Assembly (NCBI GenBank): GCA_964625825.1
Contig: CAZVFJ010000007.1
Coordinates: 1 to 35,418, forward strand
Direction of reading: 5' to 3'
Source: an uncultured Leptospirales bacterium
Lineage (GTDB): Bacteria; Spirochaetota; UBA4802; UBA5550
DNA: 35,418 nucleotides
Part shown: positions 26,375 through 35,398 of the stretch, piece after piece
Layout of the letters: each line of letters begins with the position of its first letter
Position numbering within the stretch: the first letter of the stretch is position 1
Notes under the pieces: model-generated
The model's database searches: none
What the model was told of the DNA's origin: nothing
What the model saw: the letters and a program-made list of their open reading frames with translations, nothing else
Position numbers and translations under genes: made by a program

Positions 26375-28035
26375 GTAAGATACTCTTCACCGGAATTAAT
26401 GCCAGGTATGTTCATTCAAATCCTGCGATACTCTATCTGAAAAAAACAATATCCGATCTTGATTTTCACTCTTCAGTTGTTGAGTTTACAATAAATGAAT
26501 CCCTTGAAAAAATTTTAGAGAGGATTGTTTTAGAAAAACCTGATATAATCGTGCTTTCGGTCTATATCTGGAACTCCTCAATTACAAAACTAATACTCCC
26601 TGAACTTAAAAGGTTTCTACCTGGATCCAGAATTATTGCAGGTGGGCCTGAGGTGAGTTATAATGCTGCTGATTGGCTTAAGCTCTATCCTGAAATAGAT
26701 TATATCATTACAGGCGGAGGGGAGGCAGGATTCAGAGAACTCGCCCTGTCTGATTTTAAACATCAGGACCGGATAATCAGAAAAATTAATTACTCCTTCA
26801 ATGAAGTAGCATTTCCTTATGATGACGAGGAGATGAAAAGGCTCAGTGGGAGATTCATATACTATGAGAGCAGCAGAGGTTGCCCTTTTAAATGTTCCTA
26901 CTGTCTCTCATCACGTAGTGATCAGAGGCTGGAGTTCAGGAGCCTCGAACAGGTTGAATCGGAGCTTGATTTTTTTTGTCACCATAAACCGCGTCTTGTT
27001 AAATTTGTAGACAGAACTTTTAACAGCAGCAAAGAACATTGCCGTGGTGTTTGGGAATATATAATGAAAAATTTTTCACCTGCCACAACCCGCTTCCATT
27101 TCGAAATATATCCTGATCTTCTGGAGAAGGATGATTTCGATTTTCTTGAGACAGTCCCTCGCGGTCTTTTTCAGTTCGAAATGGGGATACAGACTCTCAG
27201 GGATGAAACACTTTCGGTAATTAACCGGAATTTGAAAAAAAACGGTTGGATGGAGAAGGTCAGGGCACTAGCTGAAAAAGGCAATATCCATCTCCATGTT
27301 GATCTTATAGCGGGCCTCCCCTATGAATCATACAGTGATTTTAAAACATCATTTAACCCGGTTTATTCACTTGGCGCTGATCACTTCCAGTGTGGATTTC
27401 TTAAAATACTCCCCGGAACTGAAATGAGTGAAAGGTCAGCTGAATTCGGTATTGAATACGATGCGGCTCCTCCATATCAGGTTAAAAAAAATTTCTGGAT
27501 GGGATGCGGGGAGATCCATCGGCTCGAAGATATGACAGAGCTTATTGAGATTTATCACAATTCCGGGAGGTTCAGGGTAACGGAAAATTTTCTTATAGAA
27601 AATTCCGGAACACCATTTGATTTTTATGAAAGGCTCTCAACTGTTTTCAGAAATGAAAGCCCGTTGAATTACAGGGAGTGGGAGGGGGCTGCTGAGCTTC
27701 TTAAAAAGTTTGCCGAACAGTATGAAATTCCGGATATTCCGGTTTTTTTTGATTGCCTTAGGTGGGACTGGTGCAGCAGTATGAAGAAGCATCACTACCC
27801 GGAAATCCTGAAATCCGAAGCTACAGTTTTTGCTAAAAGAAGAGGCTATAACTATATCATAAAATTTTTTCATGGTGATAAAGTTATATTTAAGAATATT
27901 GAATTCAGTCTGGAAGAATTAAGGAGATCAATTTTTTTTACTGCCGGCTCCGGGCTTTTCAAAGAGAGAACTATGGATGGAGATTATGCAATGTTTCTTC
28001 CCGATAAAAGAGTTATTTTTTTTAATATTGAATAA
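26371..28035 (+). CDS. B12-binding-domain radical SAM protein with a DUF4080-type C-terminal extension (recalled)
   Basis: 554 aa. The N-terminal Rossmann-like region includes IIAGGPEVS. The canonical motif is SSRGC-PFK-C-SY-C. A long C-terminal extension follows the barrel. Confidence 0.85.
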   Translation: MSKILFTGINARYVHSNPAILYLKKTISDLDFHSSVVEFTINESLEKILERIVLEKPDIIVLSVYIWNSSITKLILPELKRFLPGSRIIAGGPEVSYNAADWLKLYPEIDYIITGGGEAGFRELALSDFKHQDRIIRKINYSFNEVAFPYDDEEMKRLSGRFIYYESSRGCPFKCSYCLSSRSDQRLEFRSLEQVESELDFFCHHKPRLVKFVDRTFNSSKEHCRGVWEYIMKNFSPATTRFHFEIYPDLLEKDDFDFLETVPRGLFQFEMGIQTLRDETLSVINRNLKKNGWMEKVRALAEKGNIHLHVDLIAGLPYESYSDFKTSFNPVYSLGADHFQCGFLKILPGTEMSERSAEFGIEYDAAPPYQVKKNFWMGCGEIHRLEDMTELIEIYHNSGRFRVTENFLIENSGTPFDFYERLSTVFRNESPLNYREWEGAAELLKKFAEQYEIPDIPVFFDCLRWDWCSSMKKHHYPEILKSEATVFAKRRGYNYIIKFFHGDKVIFKNIEFSLEELRRSIFFTAGSGLFKERTMDGDYAMFLPDKRVIFFNIE

Positions 28036-28122
28036 TCATAAATTCATATCGTTTATTTAAAATAATATCCCTTGACATCTGGTTTAGAAACATTTCATTT
28101 TTTATAAAAATTATTTATTAAC

Positions 28123-28135
28123 GGCCAGATTGGCC
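28123..28135. promoter_or_regulatory. Short palindrome upstream of tetR
   Basis: GGCCAgatTGGCC is followed immediately by TATATAT, 33 nt before ATG 28168. Confidence 0.25.
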
Positions 28136-28167
28136 TATATATTTTAAAACCTTAATTTTGATCATGG

Positions 28168-28785
28168 ATGAATAAAATGGATTCAGGACAGAGAAAAAAA
28201 CAGATACTTGAGTGTGCCAAAAAACTTTTTGCAAGGAAGGGGTATTATCATACGCAGATATCCGATATTCAGAATGCAGCGGGAGTGGCAAGAGGCACTA
28301 TATATCAGTATTTTAAAAACAAGGATGATATTTTTTTAACACTACTCGAAAATCTTCACATCGAAATGAAAGAAGTTATCTCAAGCAAACCTGAAAATCT
28401 CGAAGAGGATTTCAGCAGCGGGGAAAAAGTCTTCAGGTATAGAATTAAAAAGGCATTTGCACTATTCGCAAATGATCCGGATTACTGCAATATCCTCCTC
28501 CGCGTTGGGTTGGGTCTTGGGGAAAATTTTGATAGTATACTGAGGCGTTTTGACAAGCAGATGGTTGAGCTTATTAAAAGCTATCTCGTTTCCGGTATAA
28601 AACTTGGAAGGATCAAACCTGATATTGATCCTGTTTTTATGTCAAATGTAATTGGCGGTGGCTTTATGAGGATGGCGTATTATTATGGAGTCACCGGTCG
28701 TGGTAGCCAGACTGAAGAATTTGAAAAGCTCACCGAAGATTTTGTCAACGCATTCGCTTATGGTATTTTTTTGGAAAAATCTTGA
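28168..28785 (+). CDS. TetR/AcrR-family transcriptional regulator
   Basis: 205 aa. The N-terminal HTH reads RKKQILECAKKLFARKGYYHTQISDIQNAAGVARGTIYQYFKNKDDIF. Confidence 0.85.
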   Translation: MNKMDSGQRKKQILECAKKLFARKGYYHTQISDIQNAAGVARGTIYQYFKNKDDIFLTLLENLHIEMKEVISSKPENLEEDFSSGEKVFRYRIKKAFALFANDPDYCNILLRVGLGLGENFDSILRRFDKQMVELIKSYLVSGIKLGRIKPDIDPVFMSNVIGGGFMRMAYYYGVTGRGSQTEEFEKLTEDFVNAFAYGIFLEKS

Positions 28786-28811
28786 CATACTATTTAGCAT
28801 ATTTTAGTTTG

Positions 28812-28827
28812 AACTGACATGTCAGTT
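28812..28827. promoter_or_regulatory. Perfect 16-bp palindrome, a candidate TetR-type operator
   Basis: AACTGACATGTCAGTT lies 27 nt after the tetR stop. It is preceded by TTGACA (28782-28787), a 17-nt spacer, then TAGTTT (28805-28810). Confidence 0.4.
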
Positions 28828-28963
28828 ATTTTGCTTTGGGGTGGCATAAACTGGCTTTTGAGCTTATATAGCTCTTCATATGTCGTTGGGGCGGAAGTTA
28901 ATTTATTAATCAAAACATTTAAAAATGTTGCTTAAAGTTTGCATCATCCTAATCCTGCTCAAA

Positions 28964-29008
28964 GTTCATTCCGGTCATTACTTTTAATGATCGGGATGAA
29001 CCTTTTTT
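28964..29008 (+). terminator. Strong Rho-independent terminator inside the tetR-to-methyltransferase intergenic region
   Basis: GTTCATTCCGGTCATTA-cttt-TAATGATCGGGATGAAC forms a 17-bp stem with two G-U pairs on the plus-strand RNA. It is followed by CTTTTTTC. Confidence 0.7.
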
Positions 29009-29108
29009 CAAAACCAATCTTGAATATTAATCCATAATATTATTGTTGTTTATATCACCGAATAATTTCTGATGGTAAAATAAAGTTTAAATTTCCGGGG
29101 TTTTGTTG

Positions 29109-30251
29109 ATGAAGAAAAAGAAGAGAAAGCTCTTCGCTGAGCTTATACAGAAATATATCGGTGAGGGTTGCGAGCCACAATGTGCCTATTTCGGGGAGTG
29201 CGGAGGGTGCATGTTTCAGAATGTCCCCTATGAGAACCAGCTTCTCCTTAAGAAAGAGTATCTCAATTCAATGTTTGAAGGGCTGGCCGCGGTTGATGAA
29301 GTTTGCCCGGCTTCTCCGTATATGTATAGAAACAGGATGGATATGGTTGCAGCTTTCGGGAAGAAAGGCCTCAGGCGGCAGGGGAGTTACAGGCATGTAG
29401 TGGACATTGAATCGTGCAGTATAATGCAGGGCAGATCTAATGAACTCTATGGTGAACTCCGGACTCTTTTGAATAAGATTGAGGATTACGATTATCTTAA
29501 ACACGAAGGATACCTGAGGTATATTGTTCTCAGGCAGGCACGTTTTACCGGCGAAGTGATGGCAAATTTTGTTGTATCAGCTCCTGAAAACCGGCTTGGT
29601 TTTGCGCTTATTGATATCCTTGATGACATAGATTCATCATCTCTCCTCCTGAGCGATGGCCTTGCGGATTTGAGTATTGCTCCTGTATTCCAGACTCTTA
29701 AAAAAGGATTTATTACAGAGAGCTTTGATGGCATTGAATATATGATCACACCGAATTCCTTTTTCCAGTCCAACTCTGAAATTGCGATGAAGATGTACAG
29801 GAAAATTCTTTCCCATGTTAAGGGGAATACTCTCGACCTCTATTCCGGGGTGGGGAGCATCTCGCTTTTTGTGGCATCCGCAGCGGAAAAGGTCACGGGA
29901 GTTGAAATTTCAGAGGAGTCTGTTTTAACGGCAGAGAAGAACCGGGAACAGAATGAAATTGAAAATGTGGAGTTTGTATGCGGGGATGCGGCTGAATTTG
30001 TTATGGTACATAAAGGTGAATATCAGACTCTTATCCTTGACCCGCCGAGGAGCGGAATGAATCCGAAGATGATGTCTCATATAAGGGAGATGAATCCCGA
30101 AAGAATAATTTATATGTCGTGTAATCCCGCTACATGCAGGGACGATGTCAATCTCCTTGAAAACTATAAAATTGATTCCTTTGAGGCGTTCGACATGTTT
30201 CCACAGACTCCGCATCTTGAAACTCTCGCTGTGCTATCAAGGAGACAATAA
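29109..30251 (+). CDS. 23S rRNA (uracil-C5)-methyltransferase, RumA/RlmD-like family, with an [4Fe-4S] cysteine cluster
   Basis: The N-terminus has C-AYFGE-C-GG-C plus a later Cys (ESCSIM), as in RumA-type clusters. SAM motif I is LDLYSGVGS. DPPRSG is present, as is the catalytic-Cys motif YMSCNP. Confidence 0.8.
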   Translation: MKKKKRKLFAELIQKYIGEGCEPQCAYFGECGGCMFQNVPYENQLLLKKEYLNSMFEGLAAVDEVCPASPYMYRNRMDMVAAFGKKGLRRQGSYRHVVDIESCSIMQGRSNELYGELRTLLNKIEDYDYLKHEGYLRYIVLRQARFTGEVMANFVVSAPENRLGFALIDILDDIDSSSLLLSDGLADLSIAPVFQTLKKGFITESFDGIEYMITPNSFFQSNSEIAMKMYRKILSHVKGNTLDLYSGVGSISLFVASAAEKVTGVEISEESVLTAEKNREQNEIENVEFVCGDAAEFVMVHKGEYQTLILDPPRSGMNPKMMSHIREMNPERIIYMSCNPATCRDDVNLLENYKIDSFEAFDMFPQTPHLETLAVLSRRQ

Positions 30252-31447
30252 TGTTTGAGCATATAACAGACAACGCTCTTAAGCGGAGGATTAAACAACA
30301 TGTTATCGGGAAAGAACATACATTTTTCGCTTCGGTACAGCCCGGTTTTGAAAAGACAGCTTTAAATGAACTTGCCGGCGCCGGATTAAAAGTGGTTAGT
30401 AATATTATTGAGGGTGGAGTGGAGTTTACAGGACGCATGGATGACTGCTTTACCGCTTGCATCAAATCCCGGACAGCATCACGGATTTTAATGAGAGTTG
30501 CGTCTTTTAAATCTCATAATTTTTATGAGCTGGAGAGATCTATCCGGTCTTTCCCCTGGGAGCTTTACCTGGACCCGGAGATACCTGTCGGATTCAGCAT
30601 TTCATCCGGTAAATCTATGATTTATCATACAGGGAAACTTCAGGAGATATTTGAACGGGAGCTCCCCGCGATATTCACGTTCGAAGGCGTGAAGAGAAGT
30701 GATAGCGCGAGTAAAATTTCCCAGACGATTTTTGTCAGAAATTTCAGGGATGTCTGCACTGTAAGTATTGATGCGTCAGGGGAATTCCTTTACAAGAGAG
30801 GGGTTAAACGGCTTTCGTTCGCAGCTCCTCTTCGTGAAACTCTCGCGTCTCTTATCCTCCTTGAAGCAGGAATAGAGAATTATAATGTACTCCTTGATCC
30901 CATGTGCGGTTCCGGGACTTTCAGCTTAGAGGCTGCTTCAATTTTTACCGCTACTCCTCCGAATGCAGAGCGGGAATTTCCTTTTATGAAATGGCCTTCA
31001 TTTAAAAAGAAAAATTATCTGCATCTAAAGAGAGAAATATCTCAATCACAGGGTAATGCCGATTCTGCTCTCACGGGGAAGAGGATAATAACATCTGATA
31101 TTGATCCTGAAATAGTGAAAATAGCAGCTTCTAATGTCCCGGATAATTTTAAAAAATTTTTGGCTCCTGAAACGGCAGATTTTTTTGCCCTGGACCCTGA
31201 AATTTTAAAAAATGAAAAAACACTCATTGTACTGAACCCCCCCTACGGTAAAAGGCTCAGAAAAGACGACATGGCCAGTTTCTACCGTGAGATCGGCATG
31301 AAGATAAAGCGGGATTTTTCTTTATGCGGTTATGCGGTAATTGTTCCTGGAACTGCCGCGGAGGATGCTCTTGCTCTTGAATATAACAGGAAGATACCAT
31401 TTATGAATGGCGGCATCAGGGCTGCTGTACTTTTTAAAGACGTCTAA
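30251..31447 (+). CDS. THUMP-domain class I SAM-dependent RNA methyltransferase (RlmL/COG0116-like)
   Basis: 398 aa. An N-terminal THUMP-like region is followed by [17 protein letters not shown] (motif I) and LNPPYGKRL (motif IV). Its ATG overlaps the upstream stop by 1 nt (TAATG). Confidence 0.8.
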   Translation: MFEHITDNALKRRIKQHVIGKEHTFFASVQPGFEKTALNELAGAGLKVVSNIIEGGVEFTGRMDDCFTACIKSRTASRILMRVASFKSHNFYELERSIRSFPWELYLDPEIPVGFSISSGKSMIYHTGKLQEIFERELPAIFTFEGVKRSDSASKISQTIFVRNFRDVCTVSIDASGEFLYKRGVKRLSFAAPLRETLASLILLEAGIENYNVLLDPMCGSGTFSLEAASIFTATPPNAEREFPFMKWPSFKKKNYLHLKREISQSQGNADSALTGKRIITSDIDPEIVKIAASNVPDNFKKFLAPETADFFALDPEILKNEKTLIVLNPPYGKRLRKDDMASFYREIGMKIKRDFSLCGYAVIVPGTAAEDALALEYNRKIPFMNGGIRAAVLFKDV

Positions 31448-31647
31448 ATCTTCCCGCTGGCAACAAGCTTCACGAAATGTTCATACGACCTGTCATAAGT
31501 CTTCTCCGCGCTTTCGGGGAAGAAACATGCAGGAAGTTCTCTCGACTTTTTGTGATAGGCAATGCACTCGCAGCATAAGCCTTTACGCGAGCAGGGTTCA
31601 TATGAACAGTTGCAGCCTTTGAGATTTTTGTCCTTCCTGCATTCCAT
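31444..31647 (-). CDS. Small cysteine-rich cytoplasmic protein (DUF6485-like, recalled)
   Basis: 67 aa with 8 Cys in the first 41 residues ([43 protein letters not shown]). It lies 9 nt downstream of the glycosyltransferase gene. Confidence 0.65.
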   Translation of the reverse strand: MECRKDKNLKGCNCSYEPCSRKGLCCECIAYHKKSRELPACFFPESAEKTYDRSYEHFVKLVASGKI

Positions 31648-31656
31648 GTTAAAATT

Positions 31657-32745
31657 TTAATCCTGTTTCTTTTTTCTGAATACAAAAAATTTTGATCCGA
31701 GGAAATTAATAGCGAGACCTCCTACTATTCCGAGAAACGCTGCCAGTAGATAGTTTTTATGGAAAAAGATCCGTGTGTCATAAAGGTAAACTGAAATAGA
31801 CCAGTTGAGCGCGAATCCCGCAATGCTGACAGCGAAGAACCTTACATACTGGCGTATTAGCCCATGACCGCTCTTCGGAAAGTTAAATTTTCTGTTCAGC
31901 AAAAAATTTGAACTAAGGGCGAAAACAAATCCGATTCCCCTTGCCAGGCGGAATGGTATAGCAAGAAGGTCGTAAGATATAAAAACAAAAGTGAGGTCCA
32001 CAACCATCCCCGAAGCGCCAATCATAGAAAATAAAACGAACTCACCGAGAGTCCTGAATTTATACCTGAAGAGCCTCCAGATATGGATGATGTAGAGCAC
32101 CTGCTGTTTCAGCGTGAGTTTACTTTCGCCATAAAGTCTCTCCTGAAATTGAATAGGTATCTCTGTAATTTTTTTTGGGTCAAGCTTAACAATAAGTTCC
32201 AGGCCGATCTTGAACCCCAGTGGATTGAGCGGTATCTCTTTTTTAAGCAAACTGCCTCTGAATGCAAAAAAGCCGGCCATGGGGTCTTTTACTGATGTGA
32301 ATGGACGGGCGATAATTCTTGATACGAGGGCATTCATTATGCGGAAGATATTGAAATGCTCAGCGGACCCGCCTTTTACAAAGCGGCTCCCTATTACGAA
32401 ATCAAAACCTTCTTTTGCTATTTTATCAATCATGTCAGGTATTTTTTCAGGGGGGTGACTCAGGTCCGCATCCATAACAAGATAGATATCACCGGAGGCC
32501 ATCTCGAAACCTGCGATTACCGCGGAGGAGAGGCCTTTTTCTGTAAACCTGATCTTCAGCTTTAAAGGATATTGCTTTTGAAGTTCTTCAACTTTTCTGT
32601 CTATACCATCCTGTGAATTGTCATCCACAATTATAATTTCATATTTATATTGAGTATTTTTTAAAGAGCTGTCAATCCTTGACGTAAGTTCAGGGATGTT
32701 GTCAGCTTCACGGAATGTTGGTACTATTATAGATATTTTTTTCAT
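31657..32745 (-). CDS. Family 2 glycosyltransferase (polyprenol-phosphate mannosyl/glucosyl-transferase-like) fused to a GtrA-like membrane domain
   Basis: The N-terminus reads ISIIVPTFREADNI...IIVDDNSQDG...MDADLSHPP, with DxD-type GT-A motifs. The C-terminal ~130 aa contain four TM helices in GtrA style. Confidence 0.85.
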   Translation of the reverse strand: MKKISIIVPTFREADNIPELTSRIDSSLKNTQYKYEIIIVDDNSQDGIDRKVEELQKQYPLKLKIRFTEKGLSSAVIAGFEMASGDIYLVMDADLSHPPEKIPDMIDKIAKEGFDFVIGSRFVKGGSAEHFNIFRIMNALVSRIIARPFTSVKDPMAGFFAFRGSLLKKEIPLNPLGFKIGLELIVKLDPKKITEIPIQFQERLYGESKLTLKQQVLYIIHIWRLFRYKFRTLGEFVLFSMIGASGMVVDLTFVFISYDLLAIPFRLARGIGFVFALSSNFLLNRKFNFPKSGHGLIRQYVRFFAVSIAGFALNWSISVYLYDTRIFFHKNYLLAAFLGIVGGLAINFLGSKFFVFRKKKQD

Positions 32746-32893
32746 ATTATCACTTTAATTCGTTTATTCCGGTTAATAAAATGTAATAGGTATAATCATG
32801 ACAATCATTTTTTTATGAATTGGGTTGATCTTTTGATGTATATTATCTATAATAAATTCTAAATGTTCAAAACATGAGATTATTAAAATTAAA

Positions 32894-35398
32894 ATGAATA
32901 AAAATAAAACCGGAAATATAGATAAACAGGTAAGCAGTTTTATAAATGAAGTGGGGCTGTATTCTGATGAACATATCAATTATATAGAAAAATTAAATAA
33001 TGTTCTCGAAGAGATGAAAGATTCTGCAAACAGAGTTGAACGAAAGAACTACCATCCTTTTTCTGAAACAGTGAAATCCTTTGAGTATTATGTTAGAGAA
33101 AAAAAAATAACACTGACTCCTTATGAGAAAGAACGTTTTGCTGCTATTGCCTCATCAGGCCTGAATAACATGGCTAAAAAGCGTATGGCTGAGGATTTGA
33201 TCCATGCAGTGAAGGCGCGATATGCATCTGAAAATGAACTCAAGGTTAGTGATGAAAAGAAAAAGAATGAGATAGCCGAGCTTGAAAAATCTAAATCATT
33301 TTTTATAAACTGGTATAATCTTCTAAAGTTTGCTTTTGAACATGGGACCATAACTCTTTTTTCTCACAGGCTTAAGGCTGAGTGTTTTGACCGGTTAAGA
33401 GTAAACGCAAACACATGGTTCGCAGCGGTAAAGCCGGATCTGAAGAAGTGCCTTGACCAATACTATTTTTATTTGAGCGTACTTGAATATAACTCCCTTG
33501 TTTCGCTTTATAAATCAGGAATTGTACTTGGTAATATGAAGGATGTTGCAAATAATTTATCATATTCGTGGGAGGAGCTTGTCGATCTGATGAACAGTTT
33601 TGCCTCTCATTATATTGAGGTTGCAGTAAACATTAAATATGTAGATTCAGGCCTGAAAAAGATTTTTAAAGATCAGAGTCCGGGGCACGGGTTCTGGGGT
33701 TTTATAGGGCTACTCTCCGACAGGCCTCTTGTTAATGGAAAGGTTGTAAGATATAATTATGATGAAATGCTAAGTGAAACTATAAGGGGGGTTCTCTTCT
33801 CATATTATACAATCTATGCAGATGTTGCGGTCAGAACTATGAATCAGCTTATGTATCTGGCGGGAGAGAGTGGCATTATTAACAACCGCGAAAAAGAGCT
33901 GACCGATGAAGCAAAGAAAGATCAATCTTTGAGGGAAACCCGTGAGCAGGGAGAAGCTTCAAGGGTGATATTAAGGCTCAATGAGATTTCAGATCTTGTG
34001 GGGAGTTGCAGGGAGGATGGGATAAACCTTGCAGGAAGGATCTTTGCAATTGAAGCAAAAGGCAATCTTAACCAGTGGAATAAAGATGCTGAAACAAGGC
34101 CCTTCTTCAGAATAATGAAGGTTCTGGAAGGCCTGAAAAAATATATTATTGAGATGATAAAAGATAGTAACAATCTTATCCTTGAATATGATGATAATGA
34201 GTATAAAAATTATTTTGAAAGCCAGCCTGATCTGATGAAAGCGGTTCTGGACTTCGCAGAATTTTCGGATGAGCTGCAGGGACGCAGGGAAAAAGATATA
34301 AGCGGATTCAGGCTGGAAACTGATGAAGAGAGAGATGCTTTTATAAAGAGAATAATTACTCCCGACATGGAACTTCCGAATATTCCCGGCGCGCGTACAC
34401 TCCGGGAGACACTTATAAATATTTCAGCGAAGAGCTATAATCTTTGCATGAGGTTCAATGACCTGATAAACAGGTATAATGAGAGCCGTAAAACACAGTC
34501 TTCTGATTTAATCCGGAATTATGATTTTTTTTATAACGCAAAAATTATACATCCCAAACTCAGAGGATTCGAAATTGCGATAAACAGACGGGATGTGGTA
34601 CTTGCAGATCTTGTTAAATCGGGATGTTCTATTTGTGAGTTTCTCTCCGAGCAGTTACAACATCCGGGGATAAAGGCATTGCGTGACGAAATAGCTAAAC
34701 TGACTGTGGAAAATTCTGACGGCGTGTCTTTGCATGAAGATAGTGACAATCCGGAAATAAAGGAAACTGCAGCTTCCAGAGAAGCGGGTATCGGGGTGAA
34801 TGTGGATGATATATATTCAGACAGGCTTACGGGGCTTAAAAACTGGGAATATTTTGAAGATTATATCCTCCCGGAAAATTATGATGAAAATCATCAGTAC
34901 CTCGGCAAAGAAAATCGGCATGTTTTCTGTATGGAGATCTCAAACCTCGTTTCGATAAACATAAAGTCCGGCAATGAAACTGGAGATAAAGTATATAAAA
35001 AATTCTGTCAGGTTATTCAGGAAAATCTTAACTTCTCAGGGCACGGTAATGTTGCAATTCGGTGGCAGGGTGGTGTTATTATCGGATATATTACAGGTGT
35101 CACGGCAATTGACGCGATAGATATTGTTCATGGCATTTTCAGAAAAACGAACAGCTTGGTTGTAACCGGAGAGATTAATGCTACTCCTGAGCCTGTTATT
35201 AATGCCGGAGTTTATACAGAATCACCCGGGTCAAATGCCCTGACGAATATTGATATTGTGAAAAAAATGATGCTCCAGGCCTCTGACGGTATAAAGGGGC
35301 ATGTCATTTTTCTTAAACATCCCGAGCAGTTTATAACTGAAAAGGATTTTGACAGGAGGGGTTATCTTAAAGAGGAACTTATATCTATTGTAGGTTGA
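32894..35398 (+). CDS. Large cytoplasmic protein: a ~630-aa uncharacterised helical N-terminal region plus a C-terminal degenerate GGDEF domain
   Basis: 834 aa. The C-terminal part reads DRLTGLKNWEYF ... NETGDKVYKKF ... AIRWQGGVIIGY. The GG(D/E)EF position reads QGGVI (nt 35060-35083), and no RxxD I-site is present. I see no TM segment and no obvious SD at ATG 32894. Confidence 0.7.
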   Translation: MNKNKTGNIDKQVSSFINEVGLYSDEHINYIEKLNNVLEEMKDSANRVERKNYHPFSETVKSFEYYVREKKITLTPYEKERFAAIASSGLNNMAKKRMAEDLIHAVKARYASENELKVSDEKKKNEIAELEKSKSFFINWYNLLKFAFEHGTITLFSHRLKAECFDRLRVNANTWFAAVKPDLKKCLDQYYFYLSVLEYNSLVSLYKSGIVLGNMKDVANNLSYSWEELVDLMNSFASHYIEVAVNIKYVDSGLKKIFKDQSPGHGFWGFIGLLSDRPLVNGKVVRYNYDEMLSETIRGVLFSYYTIYADVAVRTMNQLMYLAGESGIINNREKELTDEAKKDQSLRETREQGEASRVILRLNEISDLVGSCREDGINLAGRIFAIEAKGNLNQWNKDAETRPFFRIMKVLEGLKKYIIEMIKDSNNLILEYDDNEYKNYFESQPDLMKAVLDFAEFSDELQGRREKDISGFRLETDEERDAFIKRIITPDMELPNIPGARTLRETLINISAKSYNLCMRFNDLINRYNESRKTQSSDLIRNYDFFYNAKIIHPKLRGFEIAINRRDVVLADLVKSGCSICEFLSEQLQHPGIKALRDEIAKLTVENSDGVSLHEDSDNPEIKETAASREAGIGVNVDDIYSDRLTGLKNWEYFEDYILPENYDENHQYLGKENRHVFCMEISNLVSINIKSGNETGDKVYKKFCQVIQENLNFSGHGNVAIRWQGGVIIGYITGVTAIDAIDIVHGIFRKTNSLVVTGEINATPEPVINAGVYTESPGSNALTNIDIVKKMMLQASDGIKGHVIFLKHPEQFITEKDFDRRGYLKEELISIVG

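Noticed and set aside
28841-28856. Sigma54-like element GTGGCATAAACTGGCT
   Set aside because: The GG-to-GC spacing is off by one relative to TGGCAC-N5-TTGC, and the -12 element is poor. No enhancer-binding protein gene is present in the window.
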